A stretch of 62,526 nucleotides of DNA, the filler included, from Globobulimina sp. (lineage: Eukaryota): the NCBI GenBank assembly GCA_003354225.1. It is 36 parts of 36 records of this genome, joined end to end, with 100 filler letters (N's around TTAATTAATTAA, not from the genome) between each part and the next. Parts side by side here need not be neighbours in the genome. Positions count along the whole stretch, not along the records: positions 34,812 to 36,451 come from PIVH01013766.1; positions 36,552 to 38,190 come from PIVH01013767.1; positions 38,291 to 39,929 come from PIVH01013768.1; positions 40,030 to 41,668 come from PIVH01013769.1; positions 41,769 to 43,407 come from PIVH01013770.1; positions 43,508 to 45,146 come from PIVH01013771.1; positions 45,247 to 46,885 come from PIVH01013772.1; 29 more parts are not named here. One strand, written 5' to 3'. The notes below the pieces were generated by a model that was not told the DNA's origin, did no database searches, and saw nothing but the letters and a program-made list of their open reading frames with translations. A program made the position numbers and the translations under genes. This document shows, piece by piece, positions 35,631-46,985 of the stretch. The first letter of the stretch is position 1. Each line of letters begins with the position of its first letter.

Positions 35631-36388
35631 ATGATGTCAGCTTTACTACTAACTGTGTGCATACATGTTTGCCTATTACCTGGCAGTGCGATACTTACAT
35701 CAGATAACGGAGCGATGTTGACTATTTTGAGTGGATCTTTGTCCGATACAAACTACGAAGTCTCTCCAGCTCAGTTTGGCTATGAATCGTATAAAGCATC
35801 AATCACAGGCTTATTAGTTTTGCCTTCAAATGAAACATATCATACTGAATGTCCTGGCCAATCGAGTGAATCGCCAGGTATTAATTTACGACCGTTCTTA
35901 TATTGAATATGTTTGAATGTCATGATTTGAACAACAAACAAGGAACGAATCCATATATTGAATACATTCACACTTGGTTTGGTCATCCGAATGATATTAC
36001 AGATTATATGATAATTATTGATCGTGGAGATTGCCAATTTGTTGATAAAGTGTACCATGCGCAGACTATGGATGCTTCCGCGGTGATTATATGTGATACA
36101 AAAAACGAAGCATTGTTTGACATGAACGAGGATCATATGAATAATATAACAATTCCATCTGTGTTGTTACAAAAATCCAATTGTGAAAATATCATGAATC
36201 AGTTAGGCGTACAAAACTGGGATCCATTGAACCATACAGCAATGATTTATCCATCGGCATCAAATATACTGTGGACCACAGTGCAAATCCAATGGGGTTT
36301 GCCTCGCACAGACAACAAAATTACGCTTGAATTTTGGACATCATCATCGGATGTAACAGGCGCTCAATTTATGAACAATTTTACTCAA
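35631..36388 (+). CDS. Vacuolar sorting receptor-like PA-domain protein, intron 35878-35942, 3' partial
   Basis: Signal peptide, PAQFG, IIDRGDCQFVDKVYHAQ, IPSVLL and WGLPRTDNKITLEFWTSSSD. Confidence 0.75.
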
Positions 36389-36551
36389 GTTTTGATACAT
36401 AGACTCTGGACAATTGACATATATATATATATATATATATTTAATATGTACNNNNNNNNNNNNNNNNNNNNNNNNNNNNNNNNNNNNNNNNNNNNTTAAT
36501 TAATTAANNNNNNNNNNNNNNNNNNNNNNNNNNNNNNNNNNNNNNNNNNNN

Positions 36552-38004
36552 AAGAGCCAAATTGTTATGGGAATTAGCAGTACAACGACATTACTTTGCA
36601 GATGTTCTGCAAGCAATCAAAAATGGAACAAAGAACAGTCTTCGTGATCAACTTGGCTTACGGATTGACAGCTCAGGTCTACTACGTTGTCATGGTAGAT
36701 TCAAAAACGCTAATCTTACTGAAGCTGCCAGGATGCCCAAGCTTCTCCCTAGCAAGGATCATTTTACAAAGCTGGTCATCTTGAGTTTTCACAAGAATGC
36801 GCTTCATTCCGGTATTTCACAGACATTAGCTTCTATTCGACAGGAATACTGGATTCTTCGTGGTCGTTCCCGTGTTCGTCAGGTTTTGTCGGACTGTCAA
36901 ATTTGTCGTCGGGTTATGGGTGGTCCATTCAAACTTCCAGCAATGGCTCCTTGGCCCAAGGAGCGGATGTCTCAATCCGCAGCTTTTTCTTATACTGGCA
37001 TCGACTATTTTGGTCCTCTTTATGTACGTGATGGTACTGGAGTTTCTGTTAACACAGTGCATTTCAGCCATGGCAGGGATGTTAACTTAAATACAGGAAT
37101 TCTAAATAAAACAGCTCCTACTGTTAAGAAGGTGTGGATTTGTTTGTTTACTTGTTTAGCCGTCCGTGCAGTTCACCTTGAATTGGTTGAGGATATGTCA
37201 ACTGAACATTTCCTGATGTGCTTACGACGGTTTATCTCTTGTCATGGTAAACCTGTTCAATTTATCTCAGATAATGCACCACAATTTAAACTGGCCAAAA
37301 CTACCATTGAAAAGGCTTGGTCAACAGTATTACTCGACCCTGACACTCAAAATTATGTCACTAACCAGGGTATCGAGTGGAAATTTATTATTGAATTTTC
37401 ACCGTGGACAGGGGGGTTTTATGAGCGTATGGTTGGGTTGGTTAAATCTGCCCTTAAGAAGTCTATCGGTAAAATATGCCTTACAACGTGCCAACTAAAT
37501 ACTTTACTTTCAGAAGTCCAAGCCGTGGTCAACTCAAGGCCACTTGTTTATGTTGGTGACGATCTCAATTCTGATATGGCGCTTACCCCCGCGCATTTTC
37601 TGGGACTTAATCCGCACATTGGTGTGCCAATATTTTTAGATAGTGATGATGAAATGGACCCTGAATATGTTACCCCAAATTCACTGTCGTCTGCCCAGAG
37701 ATTATTGTACACTTGGAAGAAAGGACAGCGACATTTGAACCAATTTTGGACAATGTGGAGGAATGATTATCTCCTCAGTCTCCGAGAACGGACTCAACAT
37801 CATGTCATTCAAGGGAGAATACAATCACAGAACACTCCAAAATCAGGTGATGTTGTTCTTATTAGGGATAATCTTCCCCGGGGTTCCTGGAAGTTGGGTA
37901 AAATCCAACGGTTAATTTCTAGCCAAGACGGCCAACTACGAGCTGCAGTTGTTATGTTACCTTCCAAGAAAACTGTCAGCCGTGCCCAATTGTTCCTATT
38001 TTAG
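36552..38004 (+). mobile_element. BEL/Pao LTR retrotransposon pol, integrase region
   Basis: H..LHSG..YWI..CQIC zinc domain, GIDYFGP, KVWICLFTCLAVRAVHLELV, SDNAPQF, GGFYERMVG, VNSRPL, LTPAHFL and FWTMWRNDYL..L. Confidence 0.95.
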
Positions 38005-38290
38005 ATAATGAATTGGTGGGAACACCTCCTATTATAGATCAACCTATTGGTGATGGTGATCAACCCCGAGAATTAAAGGGGCAAAATGTTCGTCCTCGCC
38101 GTTCGGCAGCAATTCGTGCCCGCGAAAATATCCGACATTGTATCAAGGATATGATTGGTTTACAATTTATGGCACCTCAATATTGTCCAGNNNNNNNNNN
38201 NNNNNNNNNNNNNNNNNNNNNNNNNNNNNNNNNNTTAATTAATTAANNNNNNNNNNNNNNNNNNNNNNNNNNNNNNNNNNNNNNNNNNNN

Positions 38291-39146
38291 CATCGTCCAA
38301 AGTAAAATGGCAAATAAAATCTTATATCAAATGAGTAAGAAACGCGGCAAACAAATGGATTCCGCACAATCTGCAGCGGAGATACCGGGCTTTATAAGAC
38401 AGCATAATTTGGACACTCAAATCTTATATAAAGATGTGTCGAAATTTAAAACTTTTAATGATTTTTTTGCGCGTGGCATGGATGTGGCTGTCTATCGGCC
38501 TCTCGCCAATGCACAAGATAGCGATGTGATTGTATCCCCGGCCGATTGTAGGATGATGCTTTTTGACTCGATTTTGGATTCGACCAAGTTTTGGATCAAA
38601 GGGAGCCGCTTTACTTTGGAGAATTTAGTTGGTAGCAAATCTGGTATCAATTTAAATAAATATAATGGCGGTTCCTTTGTGATTGCGAGGTTGGCGCCGC
38701 AAGATTACCATCGATGGCATTATCCATTGGGTGGCAAAGTAGTTCGAATTGTGCCTATTGATGGTGCGCTTTATACGGTGAATCCAATGGCAATCAATAA
38801 GAGTGTGGACGTGTATACTGATAATAAGCGATGTATTGTTGAAATCGAAGCACGTAAAGGTTCGTATATCATGTTTGTTATTGCTGCGACCATGGTTGGT
38901 TCCTATCGATTGCATGCCGGCGAGTGTAAGGACCCTGAGATAAATGAGCCGATTCCGTTGGAGAATATAGGCACAGTGGTGAAGAGAGGAGATGTTGCGG
39001 GCGAGTTTAGGTTTGGTGGCTCCACCATTTTGTTGTTATTTGAAAATAAAACAAAGGTTAAATTTGATGATGATATTATGAGGAATGTAAATTCGAGATT
39101 TGAAACTTTGGTCACGGTTCGGAGTCATATTGGACGAATTCAATGA
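38291..39146 (+). CDS. PSD: Phosphatidylserine decarboxylase (PSD2-type), 5' partial
   Basis: FKTFNDFFAR, SPADCR, RLAPQDYHRWH and the autocleavage motif FRFGGST. Confidence 0.95.
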
Positions 39147-39312
39147 AAATAAATTCGTTATACATATTTTGGTTTGGTTGTAGTATTACAATATTTTTTT
39201 TTTAATTGCAATTCTGAACCTTCCCTTTCTTGAGTGGTTGTTATAAAATATGTTTCTAGATTTTGTAATTTTTGTACATATATGACAAGAGAAAAATCGC
39301 TATCCACATTTA

Positions 39313-39929
39313 TTAGTTTATTTTTTCAATTTCAACCTCTTCACTTTGAACAAGATTTTCGTGCTGCACGCCCCCATATACTTCAGTTTCATGTCTATAT
39401 TCTCCCACACATAATGGCGTTAACAATATCGCAGATAAAAGCAACATCGATGCAAACAGTATAAATACACGTTCTATGCCTTTATCAGATAATATAGCCA
39501 CAAAATATTGAGTTATTGCTGATCCAACGCTTCCTGAGCCATCAATAATCCCTGTTACACTTGAGACTATCTATAATATATACATATGAATATATCACTT
39601 TATATCACTTTTAATATTCTTAACTGAATAATTCCCTCTCAACGTTGAGTCCATAGCAATTTCTGCAGCCATTACAGTGCTTAGAGTTGTTGAAGGCCCT
39701 CCTATCAGAAATCCAGCAGAAAATGTTAGAATCATTACCATTGTGAATGGTAAAGTTGATATTCTGAATCAATCACAAACAAACATACCAAATGGTCACA
39801 AATCCATATATTAAACAGAAAGCAAACCTAACTGTAACAACAATATTGGTGCTATAGAAGCAAATAAAAATATCATAACAACTGGTGTTCGTTTGTCCAA
39901 ACCATCCGAAATATCTCCACAGGATAATC
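39313..39929 (-). CDS. MFS sugar-phosphate/glycerol-3-phosphate permease (SLC37-like), spliced, 5' partial
   Basis: Exons read ICGDISD..KR, GFLIGGPSTTLSTVMAAEI and VTGIIDGSGSVGSAITQ. Confidence 0.8.
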
Positions 39930-40275
39930 NNNNNNNNNNNNNNNNNNNNNNNNNNNNNNNNNNNNNNNNNNNNTTAATTAATTAANNNNNNNNNNNNNNN
40001 NNNNNNNNNNNNNNNNNNNNNNNNNNNNNTCTGAGGATTCTGTTTTAGTCTCTTCAGGAGGTGTTGGTGTTGGCAACATGTTGATATAGTGTATATTTAG
40101 GAGTTGAAAAAAAGTAACTTCAAAAATCAGGTAGTACATTTTTCAATTTCTCGAAGGAGACGCGATATTCTTAAAATTAAATGACTCGCAAAACAATTCC
40201 AAATCGAGTCTATAAACACATTTCACAACAAAACAACGTATTTAATCAAACTGTAAACATCTATACATTTATTAT

Positions 40276-41668
40276 TTACTCTGCGTATTTACTTTGCGTC
40301 GGTGGTGTTTTCAACGGTGGTTTCGGTTTACTCGCTCGCCTCGGTGGTCGCGGAGGCGGTAATTTCTTCCTCCTTTGCGGTGCCGGCGGTGGTTTCCTGT
40401 TTGGTACTCTCCGCATTACATTGCCCAATGTCACCGAGCCACCAATAAACACTCCATCTTTTTTAATCTTTGCAACCACGAACGGATTGTCCACCCTTTT
40501 TGTTTTCGGAGGTGGCGCAGGTATCGGTCGCGAAGCTATTTTTTTTTTCAATTCATCCACTTTTTTCTCATCAAACTTATTCTCATTTTCGTGATACGCC
40601 ACTATTTTCCGCACAGTTTTCTGTAAAAACAGAGCCGGCGAAACCGGCGCACCGCCGGTGTTATCTGGTCGCGGTTTCATCGAAAATGAGATGCGTTTCT
40701 GTGTCTGACTGCGTTTCATTTTCGAAGCGTCCCTCTTATGCATAGCAAGGATATCATCCTTTGCTTCTTCCTTCTGCTCAGATTCATATTCCTCCTCTGT
40801 TGTATATCCATCTTCTTCCTCACCATCCAAATAATCATAATCGTAATCATAAAGATCCGCGATTGGCGTTAAGTGATTCATTTCGAAATCAATATCAAAA
40901 TGCGGAATATCCTGTAACTTTAAACTGATTGTAAAAGAATGGCGAGATGCGCTGGGACTGACATGTCCTCTCTTTTTCATATCATCTGTCACATTCAACA
41001 GTGTGTCGTCAACATCCATACAAACATCTTGATCTGTTTTGATTTCGTTTGTTGACGATGCTATAATGGATAATTGCAGTCCTTGTGCAGAAGAAACAAA
41101 TGTTGGGCTGAAGTTCAATGTATTTGGTAGCAATTGTCGTTTTATTAAACTGTCTTTCAAATCGTTTAAAAATCTCTGTGTGGATAGTAATATGTCAGCT
41201 GGTAAGTTTCTATTGTATTGATTTAAGTCGTTTGGTATGGTCGGAATTCCACTTAATATGTATCTAAAATCGATATACTTATTATTTTGTGTTGCGTCTT
41301 GGTCCATTTCTATAATTTCATCTAATTTCTCCAATACAGTATCTAATTCATTGTCGACTTTATCTTTTCCCATATAATCCTTGGACATTTCAGCAAAGAT
41401 AATTTATGTTTGTTGCAGATAATGTTTTTATAATTATATGTTTTTATATATTCAGTTTGTACTACAACATATAAATTATATTTGGACAATATATAAAACT
41501 TTATGCAGTATACCTTAATTAAAATGGCATTTGCTTCAAATGATTTGTATGCCAATTCATTGTTATCCACAATGATAACTTTGCTCAAATCTTTATTGAA
41601 TTTTGTCAAATCTTTATGATGAAATAGTTTCCCATTTGTATCGTAATCATAACCACAATCATCACGAA
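40276..41668 (-). CDS. FCP1/SCP (NIF)-like phosphatase domain with an acidic and Pro-rich tail, intron 41513-41380, 5' partial
   Basis: RDDC...KDLTKFNKDLSKVIIVDN...NAILIK spliced in phase 0 to DYMGKDKVDNELDTVL. Confidence 0.75.
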
Positions 41669-41931
41669 NNNNNNNNNNNNNNNNNNNNNNNNNNNNNNNN
41701 NNNNNNNNNNNNTTAATTAATTAANNNNNNNNNNNNNNNNNNNNNNNNNNNNNNNNNNNNNNNNNNNNCGACAGAGTAAATTAATATTGTGACAGTGATT
41801 GAGTTTTAGTCCTAATTTAGTAGTATTTTAGTTTTAGTTTAGTGGGAGATAGTGAGAGTGGCCTGACGCGAGCTGGTTGTTTTATCTGGCCGAGCTCCCT
41901 GTTAAGTTTTAGCGTGTGTGCACGTATTATT

Positions 41932-43266
41932 ATGCCTGTCGCGGCCAAAGCGAATTTTGTACAAAATGTAAATGATATTTCCTTTGTTAATAATGGTTTA
42001 AATGACGTTGTATATACTAATAAATATGCTGTTTTACCGACTACTAATGTACAGAATAATGGAAATGGATTAGAAGAAAAAAAATTATGTAGATTTTGTT
42101 TAGAATCAAGAAAATGCGTAAAATGTAGAAAAGAAGAAAGAGAATCAAAGCAGAAATCAGACAAAGAATTAGAAATTAAAAGAAAAGAATTAATTAATAA
42201 TCCACTTAGAATTCAACCAAAACGAAAGGTAAAAACTAAAACAGAATTAGAAGCAAAAATTAGAAATAATCCTCATGATTATGATATTAACTATGATGAG
42301 GGAAATGCTATAGAGACTTCCGATAGTAAGGAATTCACTAATGTGAAGACTTGCACCGAGAAAACCTCTTTAGCAAATAAACCAGAAGTACATACAGATG
42401 TACATACAGAAGTACATACAGATGTACATACAAGTGTACATACAGACGTACATACAGATGTACATATAGACGAGCACACCGATAAAAATAACGGGATGTG
42501 GATAGAGAATAAGGATATTCAGAGATTAAAACGACAAGTAGAAAATATTAAAAAAGATGGGCAAGAAGAAATAGCTGAAATACCATACTCACCAAAATTT
42601 TTAGAAATGGATGCAATTATTTTAGACGATTCTATTATAAATAATCTACCATCCCAATTTAATATTGAGGAGGAATATGAAAAAGAATGCGAAATTAAAA
42701 AGGAAAGTGAAATCGAAGAAGATTTATTAGAACTTGGACAAAAATTATTGGAGAAAAATGAAAATTATAAACAAAAATGGATGGAAAGCATTATTAAAGA
42801 TAAGCAGACATATCAAGTACCGGAATTGAATAGATCAATAGAATGCCAGACAATAGTAATTAATAAAAATACTTTTGATAAAAGCACTCAATTTCCAGAA
42901 TGTTATAATGCCGAAACCCAAATAAATAGAAATCAAGATACGGCAAATGTATATATTCAAACTGGAAATAAAATGATGGATAATATGTGTCAAACTAATT
43001 ATCAAGCAAGTAATATGAATACTCAAACAGACTGTCATAATACAGATGACATTACAATAATTATAGATGAACAGACGGTACGGAACATGACGATTTTAAA
43101 AAATTGGACAATAATTAGCGAACAAAGGGAAACAACAACACAAACAACAGATTTAAGTCCAAAATTAGAAATTAATTCCCATAAATTTAATACCCAAAAT
43201 GAAATAGTTATTAATGAAAATAAATTAGATATCGCTAGAACAAAATCAAAATTAGAAACAGTATGA
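41932..43266 (+). CDS. Low-complexity protein with CxxC-CxxC, (HTDV)n repeat and a TQT-like motif array
   Basis: The first ATG is at 41932; CRFCLESRKCVKC; the repeats are visible in the translation. Confidence 0.6.
   Translation: MPVAAKANFVQNVNDISFVNNGLNDVVYTNKYAVLPTTNVQNNGNGLEEKKLCRFCLESRKCVKCRKEERESKQKSDKELEIKRKELINNPLRIQPKRKVKTKTELEAKIRNNPHDYDINYDEGNAIETSDSKEFTNVKTCTEKTSLANKPEVHTDVHTEVHTDVHTSVHTDVHTDVHIDEHTDKNNGMWIENKDIQRLKRQVENIKKDGQEEIAEIPYSPKFLEMDAIILDDSIINNLPSQFNIEEEYEKECEIKKESEIEEDLLELGQKLLEKNENYKQKWMESIIKDKQTYQVPELNRSIECQTIVINKNTFDKSTQFPECYNAETQINRNQDTANVYIQTGNKMMDNMCQTNYQASNMNTQTDCHNTDDITIIIDEQTVRNMTILKNWTIISEQRETTTQTTDLSPKLEINSHKFNTQNEIVINENKLDIARTKSKLETV
42385..42467 (+). repeat. 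12-bp coding tandem repeat, about 7 copies
   Basis: GTACATACAGAN units encoding VHT(D/E/S). Confidence 0.9.
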
Positions 43267-43728
43267 CAGCCGAAACCAGCATCTGCGGCTTTTAGTCGCG
43301 ACCTTAGAGCTTATACGTCAGTAAAAATCAATAGAGAATGGAGATATTTAGAATGGAGAAGAGCGGCTATCGGTCGTGACAACTGTACGTCAAATATAGA
43401 ATTTTCANNNNNNNNNNNNNNNNNNNNNNNNNNNNNNNNNNNNNNNNNNNNTTAATTAATTAANNNNNNNNNNNNNNNNNNNNNNNNNNNNNNNNNNNNN
43501 NNNNNNNGTGTTAAATATGTGTCGGACTCGGACTTTTAATTGCAAAACCATGTTTTTTTGTTGCATGAGATTTTTATGGTGTCGTCACGTAGATGTTTGC
43601 ACATCGTGTTTTTTCACGTTTCAGTTGATCGACCCCCCCACAATAAATTACATCACTGAAACGTAGAAATCCTAAGACTATAGATCGAAAATAGTAGAAC
43701 TATGTTGTCAATATTTCAAAAACAAACA

Positions 43729-45146
43729 TCAACAAAGCGAATATTCAAAGCGAATATTTTTACCAATAGGAAATATGTCTAAATATTCCCAATTCTTTTT
43801 TACAGTGAATTTAAAATCTCTTTGTGACCGTATCTGGCATTCAAATCTGTGCTTAATCTTCCAATCATTTTTTTGATGCTTTCTGCAACAATAATAAACC
43901 GATTTGCATTGCGAACATATATCCAATTTTTTATCTTTCCCTTTACATTTGGAATAATTACATTCTTTAAAAGATGATAAATTTCTTAAAGTACGATAAT
44001 GACTTTTACTCTGAACATATTTAATATATTCCAACAAACATTTGTTTGATATGTTTGCCATCGATGCTTCCTTTTTGCATTGCTCCCTTGCATTCCAATA
44101 AGTTTTTGAAAGTTTATGTTTCTTCACTTTGCTCCAATTTTTCATATTTTGTACTTCCTTTAAAGCCTCTTTGTTAAGATTCAAGATTGATATTAAATTA
44201 TAATGCTTTTGGAAATCCATACTCATTGACAATACATACTCACATTGCTCAACGTTACCAGCGGCCATTTCAATCCCAATCAAAGAACCATACAGATCCC
44301 CTATCATCACTGCATATTTATCATCGCTTTGGATGATATTTATTGCTTTGTATAATAATTTACGTGATTTATCAATTTTTCTCTCAAAAGCATAATAATA
44401 TCCCAAATTGGCAAGCAATGAACCATATTTTTGTGCATATAAATGTCCTGTATTTCCAAACGTATTCTTTAGTGATTTCAGTGCAATTTTGAATAAATAT
44501 TTATATCGTCTTTGATAGTGGCAATTGTTTCCTTTATAGTGATCCCAAGATGATAAACTTTTGATTATTTGTGTTGCAAACTCAAAAGCAACCTGACCAT
44601 AATCGCTGTAACATGAATATTTGTTATGATCTATAATAAAATATTGACATGCTGCATTCATCATTTTCATGAGCATTTCGCTATTATTGGCGTCAATATA
44701 TGCAGTGCTTAGATTGAATAATATTTCCCCACGTAATAATGTAAAACTTTTGTCTCTCTTTAAACGTTTGGACACGATTTCTGACAAATTATTCAATTTA
44801 TTGTTCTTCAGTTGATTTTCATAAATATGAATAAATGTTAATGCGGTTTGCCAATATGTTACTGTTTGTGTTTTTTGCTTTGCGTTATAATTATCATTTT
44901 GCGTTATCTGAGATACACGATTGAAATGATTGAATAGCATCCCTTTTTTTTGTAGAAGTATTGCATACAATAATGGGATTTGAATTGGTTTGTAATTCTT
45001 TAGAAAGTATTTTTCAATATATTGCTGCATAAAAAATAATATTTCTGTTTTTGAATAAATAGAAATTGTGCGTGAAACATGTGATTGCGTTCTCCAAAAA
45101 TTCAATATGAACATAATTGGGAATGGAACATCTTTTTCTGAAATAT
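43729..45146 (-). CDS. TPR-like helical protein with a C-terminal MYND zinc finger
   Basis: CNYSKC...CSQCKSVYYCCRKHQKNDWKIKHRFEC. Confidence 0.85.
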
Positions 45147-45622
45147 NNNNNNNNNNNNNNNNNNNNNNNNNNNNNNNNNNNNNNNNNNNNTTAATTAATT
45201 AANNNNNNNNNNNNNNNNNNNNNNNNNNNNNNNNNNNNNNNNNNNNCCATCTGTATTTGAATATATTCGTTGCAAGATACAAAAATGGAAACATATCTTC
45301 GAAACCGATGGTGATACAAAAGTTTGGGAAAAGTTTAGGAAATTATCGCATAAAATCGAATAATAATTGTTATACACAATAAAAACATGATTTGTCTGAT
45401 AACATCATTAATATAATTATTTTCAATATTTTTCATTCGATTTTTTGTTTCTGTTTTGCATTAGTTTGCAATGTATCATTCTCGTCGTACTTTCGGGAAA
45501 AGTACCTCCTTTCCTCACCTCACCTGTATTGGATTCATATATAGATTTTAGTTGTAGTCGTTATTATAGCGTAACGAGTCCGATCTGAATTGTAGTGATG
45601 TAAATAGAATAATACACTTAAA

Positions 45623-46885
45623 CTACAGTTTTTTACGGGCGTCCTCAGCATACCAGTCATTAGATGCATATGTCAGTTTGTGTTTAGCGTAATTCATTTC
45701 ACTGTTTACATAAGGTAACAATTGATCTTTACCGATTATCAAACATCCAGGATTGTATTGGACTTGCTTTGCTAGAATTGGAGGGTTATATGTCAACAGC
45801 TCTTTTATGACAAATGATTTTAAAGCACCTCCCTTTTGAGGTGCATGTTTACCAAATCCTACAATCAAAACTAATGTGTCATTTGTCTTTAATAATTCAT
45901 TCAATTCAAATCCAATCACATAACGAAGAACAAATTGTGCAGTAACCTGCATAAACAGATGTAAATCAATGGCAATTGATTTCGTAATTTTATCATATTT
46001 TTTGTATCCAATTAATTTGTGATGAACTGTCAATTGTTCAAATATTGACACTGCTTTGGAAGGATTAACAGCTCGATACAATCCGATGGCAGCCGATAGC
46101 TGTGGATCTACCATGGTTGGTGTAACCGTAATATTGTATATTGCACATTGACGATACAATGTATCTTTTATCTCCAAATACATTTCCTCTTTTTGCTCAA
46201 ATGTACATTCATGCTCACCATAATAAATGATAATGGCAGATAGACAAACACATTTTTGATGCACTATATACTCATTTACAATTCCATCATTAGCAACATA
46301 TTCCACATAAACATCAAGAGCTTTGATATAATCTCTGGCTGCATGATAACAACGCATGATATTGGAAACAACCACAACATTTGATTTCAAATTGAACTGT
46401 TTCAACATTCCAATCGCCTCCTCCATCCCAGCAATATCACCACAATTACCAAACACCGTTAAAAAAGCGCAAAATACAGGCAAATGGCATTGAGAAATTT
46501 GATGCTTGTGTTCCTGTAAGAAATCATGAAAAATCTCATTTGCTCTGTCAACATTATTAGCCATTGAACAGACAATGATCATATCAGTGTACAATATATG
46601 GTCTGGGATGACATGATATGTTGGGATCAAACTCCAATAATGTTCTGCTAATTTGTATCTGTGCCTTGCCTGCAATTTACATCCTTTAATAAGTGAGGAG
46701 AAAATGACTTTATCTGGATTGACATTATATTTTTCTATCATAATGTCAAAATATTTAATACATTTCTCTGGAGCATCAGAATGAGCCAAACAATCGAATA
46801 AAATAGCAAACAGAATGTTATCTAACATAGCAGATGATTTCAGCGCAACTGTCATTATTTGCTCCGCATAATGCCAACACTTCCA
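45623..46885 (-). CDS. PPR-SMR protein, 5' partial
   Basis: P-type PPR repeats (PDKVIFSSLIKGC, PDHILYTDMIIVC), then an Smr domain IDLH...LIVGFGKH...LKSFV...NPGCL. Confidence 0.85.
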   Translation of the reverse strand, partial: WKCWHYAEQIMTVALKSSAMLDNILFAILFDCLAHSDAPEKCIKYFDIMIEKYNVNPDKVIFSSLIKGCKLQARHRYKLAEHYWSLIPTYHVIPDHILYTDMIIVCSMANNVDRANEIFHDFLQEHKHQISQCHLPVFCAFLTVFGNCGDIAGMEEAIGMLKQFNLKSNVVVVSNIMRCYHAARDYIKALDVYVEYVANDGIVNEYIVHQKCVCLSAIIIYYGEHECTFEQKEEMYLEIKDTLYRQCAIYNITVTPTMVDPQLSAAIGLYRAVNPSKAVSIFEQLTVHHKLIGYKKYDKITKSIAIDLHLFMQVTAQFVLRYVIGFELNELLKTNDTLVLIVGFGKHAPQKGGALKSFVIKELLTYNPPILAKQVQYNPGCLIIGKDQLLPYVNSEMNYAKHKLTYASNDWYAEDARKKL

Positions 46886-46985
46886 NNNNNNNNNNNNNNN
46901 NNNNNNNNNNNNNNNNNNNNNNNNNNNNNTTAATTAATTAANNNNNNNNNNNNNNNNNNNNNNNNNNNNNNNNNNNNNNNNNNNN

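Noticed and set aside
43518..43540. GTCGGACTCGGACTT resembling the reverse complement of 6316-6335
   Set aside because: The match is too short and imperfect to support a repeat family.
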